64,000 nucleotides of DNA from an uncultured bacterium. Its GTDB lineage: Bacteria; Patescibacteriota; Minisyncoccia; Phycocordibacterales; Phycocordibacteraceae. Positions within the stretch are counted from its first letter, which is position 1. Each line of letters begins with the position of its first letter. Positions 47,275-55,118 of this stretch are shown here, one piece after another. A program made the position numbers and the translations under genes. Where the stretch lies: the NCBI GenBank assembly GCA_937879955.1, contig CALFMK010000001.1, positions 91,504 to 155,503 on the forward strand, given 5' to 3'. Below the pieces are notes generated by a model that saw only the letters and a list, made by a program, of their open reading frames with translations, was not told where the DNA came from and searched no databases.

Positions 47275-47679
47275 CTAGCGCTTGGACCACTGCGGGCTCT
47301 TGCGGGCCTTGCGGAGTCCTGGCTTCTTGCGCTCCACCGCGCGAGGATCGCGCTTGAGGAAGCCTGCAGCCTTGAGGGCTGGGCGGCTGCCCTCCTCGAT
47401 GAGCGTAAGGGCGCGCGCCATCGCGTGACGGACGGCCTCAGCCTGGGCTGCGACGCCGCCTCCCTTCACCATAGCCTTCACCTCGTACTCCCGCTTCCAC
47501 TCGCCTGCGCGGAAGACGTCGCCGGTGATGGACTCGCGCTCGGCGGTCTTGAAGTACTCGCGGGCGGTCTGGCCGTTCACGGTGACAGAGCTCTCCTTCG
47601 CAGGAGTCATCTTCACGCGAGCGCTGGCGGTCTTGCGACGGCCGACGGCGGTGACGTAGGACTGAGTGTTCTCGGGCAT
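47275..47679 (-). CDS. rpsI: 30S ribosomal protein S9
   Basis: 134 aa. The C-terminal signature reads ...RKARKSPQWSKR. Confidence 0.95.
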   Translation of the reverse strand: MPENTQSYVTAVGRRKTASARVKMTPAKESSVTVNGQTAREYFKTAERESITGDVFRAGEWKREYEVKAMVKGGGVAAQAEAVRHAMARALTLIEEGSRPALKAAGFLKRDPRAVERKKPGLRKARKSPQWSKR

Positions 47680-47687
47680 AGTAAAGA

Positions 47688-48065
47688 TTAATCGGTGATA
47701 GTAAGGCGCTTCATGCGTTCCTTGCGGAGCTTGTTGCGCGGGATCATGCCGTCCACGGCCTTGCGGATAGCCTCGCTGACGCCCTTCTTCATGAGGAGGT
47801 TCGAGAGCGACGTGACGCGGAGTCCTCCTGGGAAGCCGGTGTAGCGGGTGTACTCCTTGCCCTTGATGCGCTTCTCGGTCATCACGAGCTTGGACGCGTT
47901 CACGATCTCAACCTCGACCGGCATGACCTCGTTCTGGAGGTACTGCGCGGACTTCTTGCCGAGGAGCACGGAGGCGGCCTCAGACGCGACGCGTCCGAGC
48001 GAGCCGCCTGCGGCGTCGATCGTGTAGAGCGTGCGCTCTCCCTTCTGTGTCTTGGTGGTAGTCAT
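47688..48065 (-). CDS. rplM: 50S ribosomal protein L13
   Basis: 125 aa. It is L13-like over its full length (GRVASEAASVLLGK...). Confidence 0.9.
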   Translation of the reverse strand: MTTTKTQKGERTLYTIDAAGGSLGRVASEAASVLLGKKSAQYLQNEVMPVEVEIVNASKLVMTEKRIKGKEYTRYTGFPGGLRVTSLSNLLMKKGVSEAIRKAVDGMIPRNKLRKERMKRLTITD

Positions 48066-48066
48066 G

Positions 48067-48420
48067 TTATACGAATGCGATATACGCCTGCTTGCGGCCG
48101 TCGGTCGCGGTAGCCGCGCGCTTCACGATGCGGGTGTAGCCGCCTGCGCGCTCGACGTAGCGAGGAGCGATCGTCGCGAAGAGCTTCGCGGTCGATTCGT
48201 CGTCGTTGCCGAGCTTCGCGTTCACGAGGCGGCGGTTCGCGACGGAATCGACGCGAGCGTGAGACACGAGCTTCTCGATCATTGGACGGAGCTCCTTGGC
48301 CTTGGCCTCGGTCGTCGAGATGCGCTCGTGGATTATGAGGGAACGCATGAGGGAACGCATGAGCGCTACGCGCTGGTCATGCGGTCGTCCGAACGTCCTT
48401 CCTTTGTGGTGATGGCGCAT
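48067..48420 (-). CDS. rplQ: 50S ribosomal protein L17
   Basis: 117 aa. The N-terminus (MRHHHKGRTFGRPHDQR...HERI.TT) is the L17 N-terminus. Confidence 0.9.
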   Translation of the reverse strand: MRHHHKGRTFGRPHDQRVALMRSLMRSLIIHERISTTEAKAKELRPMIEKLVSHARVDSVANRRLVNAKLGNDDESTAKLFATIAPRYVERAGGYTRIVKRAATATDGRKQAYIAFV

Positions 48421-48468
48421 ATGCTTGTTTTAACACGATTTCCGACCGGAGTCCAAATCTTCCTTATA

Positions 48469-49431
48469 TTACTCGCCCTTGAGCTCGAGGCCCAGCTTGT
48501 CGAGGGCTTCGACGATCTCAGCGACGGCCTTGTCGCCGACGCCGTCGAGGTCCTTGAGCGCCGACGGGGTCTTCTTCACGAGGCCTGCGACGGACTTGAT
48601 GCCCGCCTCGTCGAGCGCGGTCTCGATGCGCGAGCCGAGCCCGAGCTCCTCGATCTTCACCTTCGCAGGGTCCTTGCCCGGAGCCTTCTCCGAGACGGTC
48701 GCGGCCTTCGGCGCGAACTCAGCCTCGTCAGCGGAGGCTGATGCCTCCTGGAAGCCGATCACTGCCGAGAGCTGCTGGATCATGGTCTCGATCGAGCGCT
48801 CGAGCGCCTCGCGCGGGGTGATGGTGCCGTTGGTCTCGATGAGGATGCGGAGGCGGTTGAAGTCCGTGCGGTCTCCGACGCGCATGTTCTCAACCTCGTA
48901 GTTCACGCGGCGGATCGGGGTGAACGTCGCGTCGAGCGCGATGGTGCCGATGTCCACCTTCTCCTTCGTGAGAACCTCGCGAGCGACGTAGCCGAGGCCG
49001 CGCTCGATGGTCGCCTCGAGCTCGAACGACACCTTGCCCGAGACGTCAGCAATGTGCGTGTCCGGGTTCGCGATCTCGACCTGAGAAGGAAGCTTGAAGT
49101 CCGCTGCGGTGACCTGCTTAGGGCCCTTCACGGAAAGCGAGATGGTCTGCGGCTCGTCGCCGTGGAGCATGAAGTGCACGCGCTTGAGGTTGAGGAGCAC
49201 CTCCATGACGGACTCGCGAACGCCCTCCATGGTAGCGAACTCGTGCGAGACGCCCTCGATCTTCACCGAGGTGACGGCTGCGCCCGGAAGGGACGCGTGG
49301 ATGATGCGGCGGAGCGAGTTGCCGAGGGTGTGGCCGTAGCCCGGATAGAGCGAATCTATCTCGTAGATTCCCTGGACGCCTTCCTCGGAGACGACGCGGG
49401 GCTTAGACGGGAGCGTGATGTTGTTTTCCAT
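48469..49431 (-). CDS. rpoA: DNA-directed RNA polymerase subunit alpha
   Basis: 320 aa. The N-terminal domain (GYGHTLGNSLRR) and the alpha-CTD HhH region are both present. Confidence 0.9.
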   Translation of the reverse strand: MENNITLPSKPRVVSEEGVQGIYEIDSLYPGYGHTLGNSLRRIIHASLPGAAVTSVKIEGVSHEFATMEGVRESVMEVLLNLKRVHFMLHGDEPQTISLSVKGPKQVTAADFKLPSQVEIANPDTHIADVSGKVSFELEATIERGLGYVAREVLTKEKVDIGTIALDATFTPIRRVNYEVENMRVGDRTDFNRLRILIETNGTITPREALERSIETMIQQLSAVIGFQEASASADEAEFAPKAATVSEKAPGKDPAKVKIEELGLGSRIETALDEAGIKSVAGLVKKTPSALKDLDGVGDKAVAEIVEALDKLGLELKGE

Positions 49432-49475
49432 GACTCAATCAGATTAGACCAACAATGGTGCTGAACGTATAAAGA

Positions 49476-50090
49476 CTAGCGGCTGTAGAACGAGAGCACG
49501 GCGATGAGGTCGCCCGCAGGAGACGCTGCCTCCTCGGTCGGTACTTCCTGCATGCCGCCCTCCATCTTCTTGGCATCCCATGAGAGCCACGAAGAGAGCG
49601 TCGGGCGCTCGTTGAACTTCTCAGCGAAGTTCTCGAAGAGCACGGCGCCCTTGGAGCCGTCGCGGACGGCGATCTTCTCGCCGACGCGCATGGCGCGGGA
49701 CGGGATCGTCGTCTTGACGCCGTTCACGGTGATGTGGCCGTGGGAGACCATCTGGCGAGCAGCACGGCGCGTCGGCGCGAGGCCGAGGCGGTAGACGATG
49801 TTGTCGAGACGCATCTCGAGGAGGCGGTGGAGGGTCTGCGCAGGCGGCTGTCCGTGCGTCGAGGTAGCGGTAGCGACGTAGTTGCTGAACTGCTTCTCGG
49901 AGAGGCCGTAGGTCATGCGGACCTTCTGCTTCTCGAGGAGCTGCTTGCCGAACTCGGTCTGGTTCTGGCGGCGTCCCTTCTTGTTGCGCGCTGCGCGCTC
50001 CTCCGCGATCGCGAACTTCTGGGTCTGGGTCTTCTCGAAGACGGATGCGCCGAGGCGCTTCGCGATCTTGTACTTAGGTCCGATTTTCAT
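49476..50090 (-). CDS. rpsD: 30S ribosomal protein S4
   Basis: 204 aa. The S4 N-terminal region and the S4 RNA-binding domain (RLDNIVYRLGLA.TRR.ARQ.V.HGH..VNG) are present. Confidence 0.9.
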   Translation of the reverse strand: MKIGPKYKIAKRLGASVFEKTQTQKFAIAEERAARNKKGRRQNQTEFGKQLLEKQKVRMTYGLSEKQFSNYVATATSTHGQPPAQTLHRLLEMRLDNIVYRLGLAPTRRAARQMVSHGHITVNGVKTTIPSRAMRVGEKIAVRDGSKGAVLFENFAEKFNERPTLSSWLSWDAKKMEGGMQEVPTEEAASPAGDLIAVLSFYSR

Positions 50091-50111
50091 AGGTAAAGAG
50101 GGGTTCTAGGG

Positions 50112-50546
50112 CTATACGCGACGAGCCTTCTTAGGGCGAGGGCCGTTGTGCGGGACCGGGGTCGCATCCTTGATGGCGCGGATAGCGATGCCCTTTCCAG
50201 CGAACGCGCGGAGCGCGGACTCGCGGCCGGCGCCGATGCCGCGGATGACGACGGAAGCCTCCTTGACGCCAATGAGGAGGGCCTTGTCGCCGAGGAGCTC
50301 GCCGACCTTAGCGGCAGCGTAGGGAGTGGACTTGCGCGCACCGGAGAAGCCGAGAGCACCTGCCGAAGAGGACATGATCGCATTGCCCTTCTCGTCGGTG
50401 AGGACGGCCTTCGTGTTGTTGAAGGTAGCCTCGACATGGAGGACGCCGCGCTCGAGGCGCTTCTTGACGGCCTTGGACATCGCGCGGTCCTTGCGACCCT
50501 GGTCCATGCCCTTCCCGGACTTCTTGATGATGCGTTTCTTTCCCAT
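50112..50546 (-). CDS. rpsK: 30S ribosomal protein S11
   Basis: 144 aa with the S11 core (HVEATFNNT...GARKSTPYAA...). Confidence 0.95.
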   Translation of the reverse strand: MGKKRIIKKSGKGMDQGRKDRAMSKAVKKRLERGVLHVEATFNNTKAVLTDEKGNAIMSSSAGALGFSGARKSTPYAAAKVGELLGDKALLIGVKEASVVIRGIGAGRESALRAFAGKGIAIRAIKDATPVPHNGPRPKKARRV

Positions 50547-50582
50547 AGTAATTTAGTCGTTGGATAAAAAGTGAGCTCAGGA

Positions 50583-50963
50583 TTATGTCTTCTCGAGCGT
50601 ACGGCGGCCGCTGCCCATCGTCTTGCGGGTGTTTCCGCGGACGGTGCGGGAGTTCGTCTTGGTGCGCTGCGCGCGGACCGGGAGGCGGCGCTCATGGCGG
50701 ATGCCGCGTGCGGAACGGATGTCCTTGAGGCGCTTGATGTTCTGGCTCTCCTCGCGGCGGAGCTCGCCCTCGATGGTGTAGGCCTCGGAAAGGGTGCGGA
50801 TCTTCTGCTCCTCGTCAGCGGAGAGATCGCTTCCCTTGCGGGTCGCCTCGACGCCGGCCTCCTTGAGGATGTCGAGCGCGCGCTTCGGGCCGATGCCGAA
50901 GATAAGAGGCAGCGCGTATGCGAGCTGCTTGTCGTCAGGGAGTGTCACGCCGGCGATACGCAT
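50583..50963 (-). CDS. rpsM: 30S ribosomal protein S13
   Basis: 126 aa. The S13 N-terminus reads MRIAGVTLP. Confidence 0.95.
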   Translation of the reverse strand: MRIAGVTLPDDKQLAYALPLIFGIGPKRALDILKEAGVEATRKGSDLSADEEQKIRTLSEAYTIEGELRREESQNIKRLKDIRSARGIRHERRLPVRAQRTKTNSRTVRGNTRKTMGSGRRTLEKT

Positions 50964-51014
50964 GGGATACGAGGGTTAGAAGAAGAAAAGGATAAGAAGA
51001 AACGGAAGCGGCTG

Positions 51015-51131
51015 ATTAGCCCTGGCGCGCCTTGCGGCGTGGGTTACGCTTGTTGATACGGTACAAGCGTCCGCGACGGCGGACGATGATATCGCCTGGC
51101 TGCTGAACTTTAACGGATGCGCGTACCTTCA
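51015..51131 (-). CDS. rpmJ: 50S ribosomal protein L36, the cysteine-less (non-zinc) type. It is not in the ORF track.
   Basis: 38 aa reading [38 protein letters not shown]. It is L36-like, lies between infA and rpsM, and has none of the usual Cys-Cys-Cys-His ligands. Confidence 0.75.
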
Positions 51132-51141
51132 TCGTGGGATA

Positions 51142-51357
51142 TTAGCTTAGCCGCCTCACGATGCGCGCGCGGCCCCCGTACGGGTCGACGACCAGTTCTA
51201 CCTGGTCGCCTACCAGCACACGGATCCTGTGCAGACGCATCTTTCCTGCGAGGTAAGCAAGCTGGAGCTCTCCCGATGGCATCCGTACCCTGAAAAGGGA
51301 ATTAGGAAGCACCTCCTCTACGGAGCCGGTTGCTGCGCCTTCTTTACTTACCTCCAT
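51142..51357 (-). CDS. infA: Translation initiation factor IF-1
   Basis: A start at MEVSKEGAATGSVEEVLPNSLFRVR gives 71 aa, which aligns residue-for-residue with E. coli IF-1. The tracked ORF begins at an upstream TTG. Confidence 0.9.
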   Translation of the reverse strand: MEVSKEGAATGSVEEVLPNSLFRVRMPSGELQLAYLAGKMRLHRIRVLVGDQVELVVDPYGGRARIVRRLS

Positions 51358-51411
51358 GTGAAGCTTCATCATCCTACCAAGGATGAGAATGAGCGTCAAC
51401 CGGTTATCCCA

Positions 51412-52677
51412 CTATTTGCTTGGTTCTTCGCCGTTCGTGACCGATACCTTGATCTTCGCCGGGTCCGACGGGAACGAGGTGCTCCAGAACGGGCGCAGGA
51501 CGAGGGACGCCCGCTCCACCTCCGGGAAGCCCGAGAGCACGGTTTCCGCGCTCGAACGGCTCTTTCCGGCCACGGCGGCCGCTATCTTGCTCTCGTCCAC
51601 GGTCCAGAGGACGGTAGCGGTGCCTGAGAGCGAGAACGCGAACTCGGTAGCGCCGACGCCCGGAAGGTCCCCTACCGGAACGAGCGTGAGACCGCTCTCC
51701 TTCTCGAGGGTGACCGGCTGGCCGCTATAGGAGCCCACGACCTGGTACGCGAGCGCCTTCGCGAGGGCTCCTGACGGGAATACCACGGCGGTAGCGGTCG
51801 CCTTCTGGGAGATCTCCACCTTGCCGCCTGCGGCTGCACTGTCCGGCTGCGGCTCGTAGGTCATGCGGCTCGCGCCCGGGATGAGGACGTAGCCCTCAGG
51901 AATCGCGGCCTTGAGCGCCGCATCGATTGCGGGCGTGAGCTCGGCACGGAGCTCGTCACCCTTCTTCTCGCGGGTCGCAGTAGCGACGCTCGGGCGCGGG
52001 CCGGCGAATCCGCCCTTCATGGCCTCCTTCGAGCTTGCGGTGACCTGGGTGAAGGTGCTGCCTCCCTTGAGGCCTGGGAGCGTGAAGGTGGTCGGACCGA
52101 CGTTGTAGCTCTCGCCGGTGGCATCCGCGTAGACGGTGGTCTCGAGCGTGCCCGGAGTGCCGTTCGCGGCCTTCGGCACGGTCACGGAGTCGCGGATGCG
52201 GAAGATCTTCCCGTCCGGCGTCTCGAAGCGAGTGTTCTTGATGAGCTGCTGCGGGACGTCCTGCTTGTTCTCGATGACGATGGTCCCCTGCGCCGACTGG
52301 TTCACCGTCTCGGTTCCTTCGGATTCGACGCTCACGCTCGCCACCTTCTCGACGGTGATTACCTCGAACGGCAGGTCGCCGCCGGACGCGGTCGCGATAA
52401 ACTCGCCTGCGACCGACGTCGGATTCTCGGTCGCCGTGACCGTGACCTCGGCGCCGGAGAACGCGAAGAGCGCGCCTGCGGACAGGAGGATGACGATGAG
52501 CCCGATGATCGCGGTCCCAACCGGGAACTTCTTGGACGGCTTCTTCGCGCGCGGCCCTACGGGGCGCTCGTACGCGGGGCGCTCGACAGGTGCCGAAGGG
52601 GTATACGAAGGGACGTCTCCCCCTTCCATGGCACGGCGGCGGGACGGCGGGATGATGTCATTCAGGTTCTTTTGCAT
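51412..52677 (-). CDS. Membrane-anchored hypothetical protein
   Basis: 421 aa. A cytoplasmic basic N-terminus is followed by one TM helix (FPVGTAIIGLIVILLSAGALFAF). The large extracytoplasmic portion is T/S/V-rich and beta-rich. It sits upstream of infA. Confidence 0.6.
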   Translation of the reverse strand: MQKNLNDIIPPSRRRAMEGGDVPSYTPSAPVERPAYERPVGPRAKKPSKKFPVGTAIIGLIVILLSAGALFAFSGAEVTVTATENPTSVAGEFIATASGGDLPFEVITVEKVASVSVESEGTETVNQSAQGTIVIENKQDVPQQLIKNTRFETPDGKIFRIRDSVTVPKAANGTPGTLETTVYADATGESYNVGPTTFTLPGLKGGSTFTQVTASSKEAMKGGFAGPRPSVATATREKKGDELRAELTPAIDAALKAAIPEGYVLIPGASRMTYEPQPDSAAAGGKVEISQKATATAVVFPSGALAKALAYQVVGSYSGQPVTLEKESGLTLVPVGDLPGVGATEFAFSLSGTATVLWTVDESKIAAAVAGKSRSSAETVLSGFPEVERASLVLRPFWSTSFPSDPAKIKVSVTNGEEPSK

Positions 52678-52838
52678 AGAAAACGTGGAAAAGCCTCGCT
52701 ATGGATAGTACGGGGGTAAGTATACACCCGGGAAGTTGTGTCTCCTTCACGCCGGGGAAAAGCTCCATTTGCCCGATATGCCGATCTGTGACATACCTGA
52801 GACAGTGATCGCTGGACCTTTTGCCGAAGGAGAGACCG

Positions 52839-53093
52839 ATGTCCGAGTCCCCTCTCAGTATCCCGTTCCCGACATTCGCTGACGCCAAGAGGGCGCTCTA
52901 CCTGTGCACCGTCGGAGGCGAGGACCGGGCCTTCCGCATCGCGCTCGCCCGCGCGAACACGGAAGAGAACCTGCGAGACCTCTTCGACTATCTTGACCAG
53001 GGTGACGGAGTATTCGAGAAATATCACCTCGCCCTCCAGCTCTTGGCCAAGCTCGAGAAGCTCAGGCTGGAGCGTGGGCCGGTGGCCGCGTGA
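52839..53093 (+). CDS. Small hypothetical protein of 84 aa
   Basis: AGGAGA lies 6 nt upstream of the ATG (MSESPLSIPFPTF...). A bidirectional terminator follows it. The overlapping 159-aa minus-strand ORF is judged to be an artefact. Confidence 0.45.
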   Translation: MSESPLSIPFPTFADAKRALYLCTVGGEDRAFRIALARANTEENLRDLFDYLDQGDGVFEKYHLALQLLAKLEKLRLERGPVAA

Positions 53094-53104
53094 CGAAAAC
53101 CAAG

Positions 53105-53138
53105 AAGCCTCGCGCATCGCGCGAGGCTTCTCTGCTAT
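53105..53138. terminator. Bidirectional intrinsic terminator between the small plus-strand gene and alaS
   Basis: AAGCCTCGCGC-ATC-GCGCGAGGCTT with flanking T-rich runs on both strands. Confidence 0.55.
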
Positions 53139-53148
53139 CAAACGATAC

Positions 53149-55065
53149 CTAATCGAGCACTGCCTTGATGCGTCGGACGCCGGATGCTACCGCCTCTTCC
53201 TTCACGATGCGGAACGTCTTATCGCCGTCATGGATCTCCTTGGTGTTCGTGACGTGCGGGCCGCCGCAGAACTCGAGCGAGAACGCGTTCGGAATGTCAG
53301 GGTTCTCCTCGGTAGCATGGACCGGGCCCACGGAGTACACGGACACCATGTCCGGGTACTTCACGCCGAACTCCATCTGCGCGCCGAGCTTCTCGGCCTC
53401 CTCGCGCGGCATCACGGTCCGGGTGACCGGAAGGTCCTGATAGATGGTCTCGTTCACGATCTTCTCCACTTCCGACTTCTGCTCGTCCGTCATCTTGCCA
53501 GGGGAGCTGAAGTCGATGCGCAGGCGCTCGGAGGTGATGTTGCTGCCCCGCTGTTTCACCTCGGGACCGAGCACGGCCTGGAGCGCCGCGAGCAGGATGT
53601 GGTGCGTGGTGTGATACCGGACCGTCTGCTCGGCATGGTCGGCGAGGCCGCCCGCGAAGCGCTGCGCGCCGCCTGCCCTCGAGGTGTCCTGGTGCTTCTT
53701 CATGAGCTCCATCACGGCTACGAGGTCTATCTCTATCTCGCGCTCGTTCGCGATCTCTTCCGTGAGCTCGATAGGGAAGCCGTAGGTCGTGAAGAGGGTG
53801 AACACGTCCTCAGGGGTGATGGTTCCCTTGGATACGAGCTTCTCGAGCTCGCGAAGGCCCGTCGTGAGGGTCTTGCGGAACTTCTCCTCTTCCTTCTCGA
53901 TCTCCTCGCGAATCTTCTCCGTGTTCGCGAGCACGTGCGGGTAATGGTCCGCATAGACCTCTCCGTACCCCTTAGCGACGTCCGCTAAGACCGCGTCATG
54001 GATGCCGAGGCGGTCCGATTCGCGGATCGCACGGCGGAGCAGGCGGCGGAGCACGTAGCCGGCCTCGGAATTGGACGGCGTCACGCCCTCGGCGAGCATG
54101 AACGAGGACGCGCGCATGTGGTCGAGGATGATGCGGAACGCTTTCTTCGTGGCCTCGTCCTCGTCATAGGACTTCCCGGAGCGCTCCTCGATGATGGCGC
54201 GCGGCTTCTCGAACACGTCGAGCGCGAACACGTCAGGGATGCCGAGCGTGGCGATAGCGAGGCGCTCGAGGCCGCCGCCGAAGTCCACGTTCTGCTTCGG
54301 GAGGTTCGCGAAGGAGCCGTCCTCCTGCTTCACGAACTGCATGAACACGGAGTTCCCGATCTCGATGAAGCGGCCGCAGTCGCAGTTCGGATGGCACTCG
54401 GGGCCCCAGGCGGTGTCATGCGGGAGCCCGAAGTCGTAGAAGACCTCGGAATCAGGGCCTCCCGGCTCGCCTGCCGGCATGTTCGCCGGGACACCCGCGC
54501 GGCTCCACCAGTTCTTCTTGGCGTCATACGCGAAGATGCGCGCGCCCTGCATGCCCTTCACGTAGCCGTCCGCTTCGGAGCCGATGTTGAGGAATCCGGC
54601 GTCGATGCCCTTCTCCTTATAGAGCTTCTGCCAGAGCTCTACCGCCTCCATGTCGACCGGCATGCCCGTGGACTCGTCTCCGGCGAAGACCGTGACGTAG
54701 AGCTTCTCTGGGTCGAGCCCGAGGCCCTCTTCTTTCGAGGTGAGGTACTCGAACACCCACGGGAGCTGTTCCTGCTTGAAATAGTCGCCGAGCGACCAGT
54801 TGCCGAGCATCTCGAAGAACGTCGTATGGCGGTTGTCACCCACCTCCTCGATGTCGCCTGCCCGGAAGCTCATCTGCGAGTTCACGATGCGGTTGCCGGC
54901 CGGATGCGCCTCGCCGAGGAGGTACGGGACCAGGGGCTGCATGCCGGAGGACGTGAAGAGGGTCGTCGGATCGTTCCCTGGGACGATCGGCGCGGAAGGG
55001 ACCTGCGCATGGCCGCGCTTCTCGTAGAATGCCAGGAACCTGCTGCGTACGTTGGATACGTTCAT
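53149..55065 (-). CDS. alaS: Alanine--tRNA ligase, a short form lacking the C-terminal C-Ala (DHHA1-like) domain
   Basis: 638 aa. It has the class II catalytic core (FTSSGMQP, GNWSLGDYFK), a tRNA-recognition domain, and the editing domain HxxxH...CGGPHV. It then ends, whereas typical AlaRS proteins are about 870 aa. A clean terminator follows. Confidence 0.9.
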   Translation of the reverse strand: MNVSNVRSRFLAFYEKRGHAQVPSAPIVPGNDPTTLFTSSGMQPLVPYLLGEAHPAGNRIVNSQMSFRAGDIEEVGDNRHTTFFEMLGNWSLGDYFKQEQLPWVFEYLTSKEEGLGLDPEKLYVTVFAGDESTGMPVDMEAVELWQKLYKEKGIDAGFLNIGSEADGYVKGMQGARIFAYDAKKNWWSRAGVPANMPAGEPGGPDSEVFYDFGLPHDTAWGPECHPNCDCGRFIEIGNSVFMQFVKQEDGSFANLPKQNVDFGGGLERLAIATLGIPDVFALDVFEKPRAIIEERSGKSYDEDEATKKAFRIILDHMRASSFMLAEGVTPSNSEAGYVLRRLLRRAIRESDRLGIHDAVLADVAKGYGEVYADHYPHVLANTEKIREEIEKEEEKFRKTLTTGLRELEKLVSKGTITPEDVFTLFTTYGFPIELTEEIANEREIEIDLVAVMELMKKHQDTSRAGGAQRFAGGLADHAEQTVRYHTTHHILLAALQAVLGPEVKQRGSNITSERLRIDFSSPGKMTDEQKSEVEKIVNETIYQDLPVTRTVMPREEAEKLGAQMEFGVKYPDMVSVYSVGPVHATEENPDIPNAFSLEFCGGPHVTNTKEIHDGDKTFRIVKEEAVASGVRRIKAVLD

Positions 55066-55118
55066 ATATAAGGGTGCCTTAGTAGGATGACGATACCATA
55101 GCGGCTATACTGGACGCC

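Noticed and set aside
48340-48366. An exact 12-nt tandem repeat (ATGAGGGAACGC twice) inside rplQ that encodes MRSLMRSL
   Set aside because: It is in-frame. L17 proteins naturally have a semi-repetitive LxRNLxxSL segment at this position. This is probably normal sequence rather than a recent duplication or a slippage hotspot, and the evidence is not strong enough to flag it.
52662-53141. A 159-aa minus-strand ORF overlapping the small plus-strand gene at 52839..53093
   Set aside because: It has no RBS and its composition is Arg/Glu-rich. The plus-strand ORF has an AGGAGA Shine-Dalgarno sequence and is followed by a terminator. I kept only the plus-strand gene, at modest confidence.
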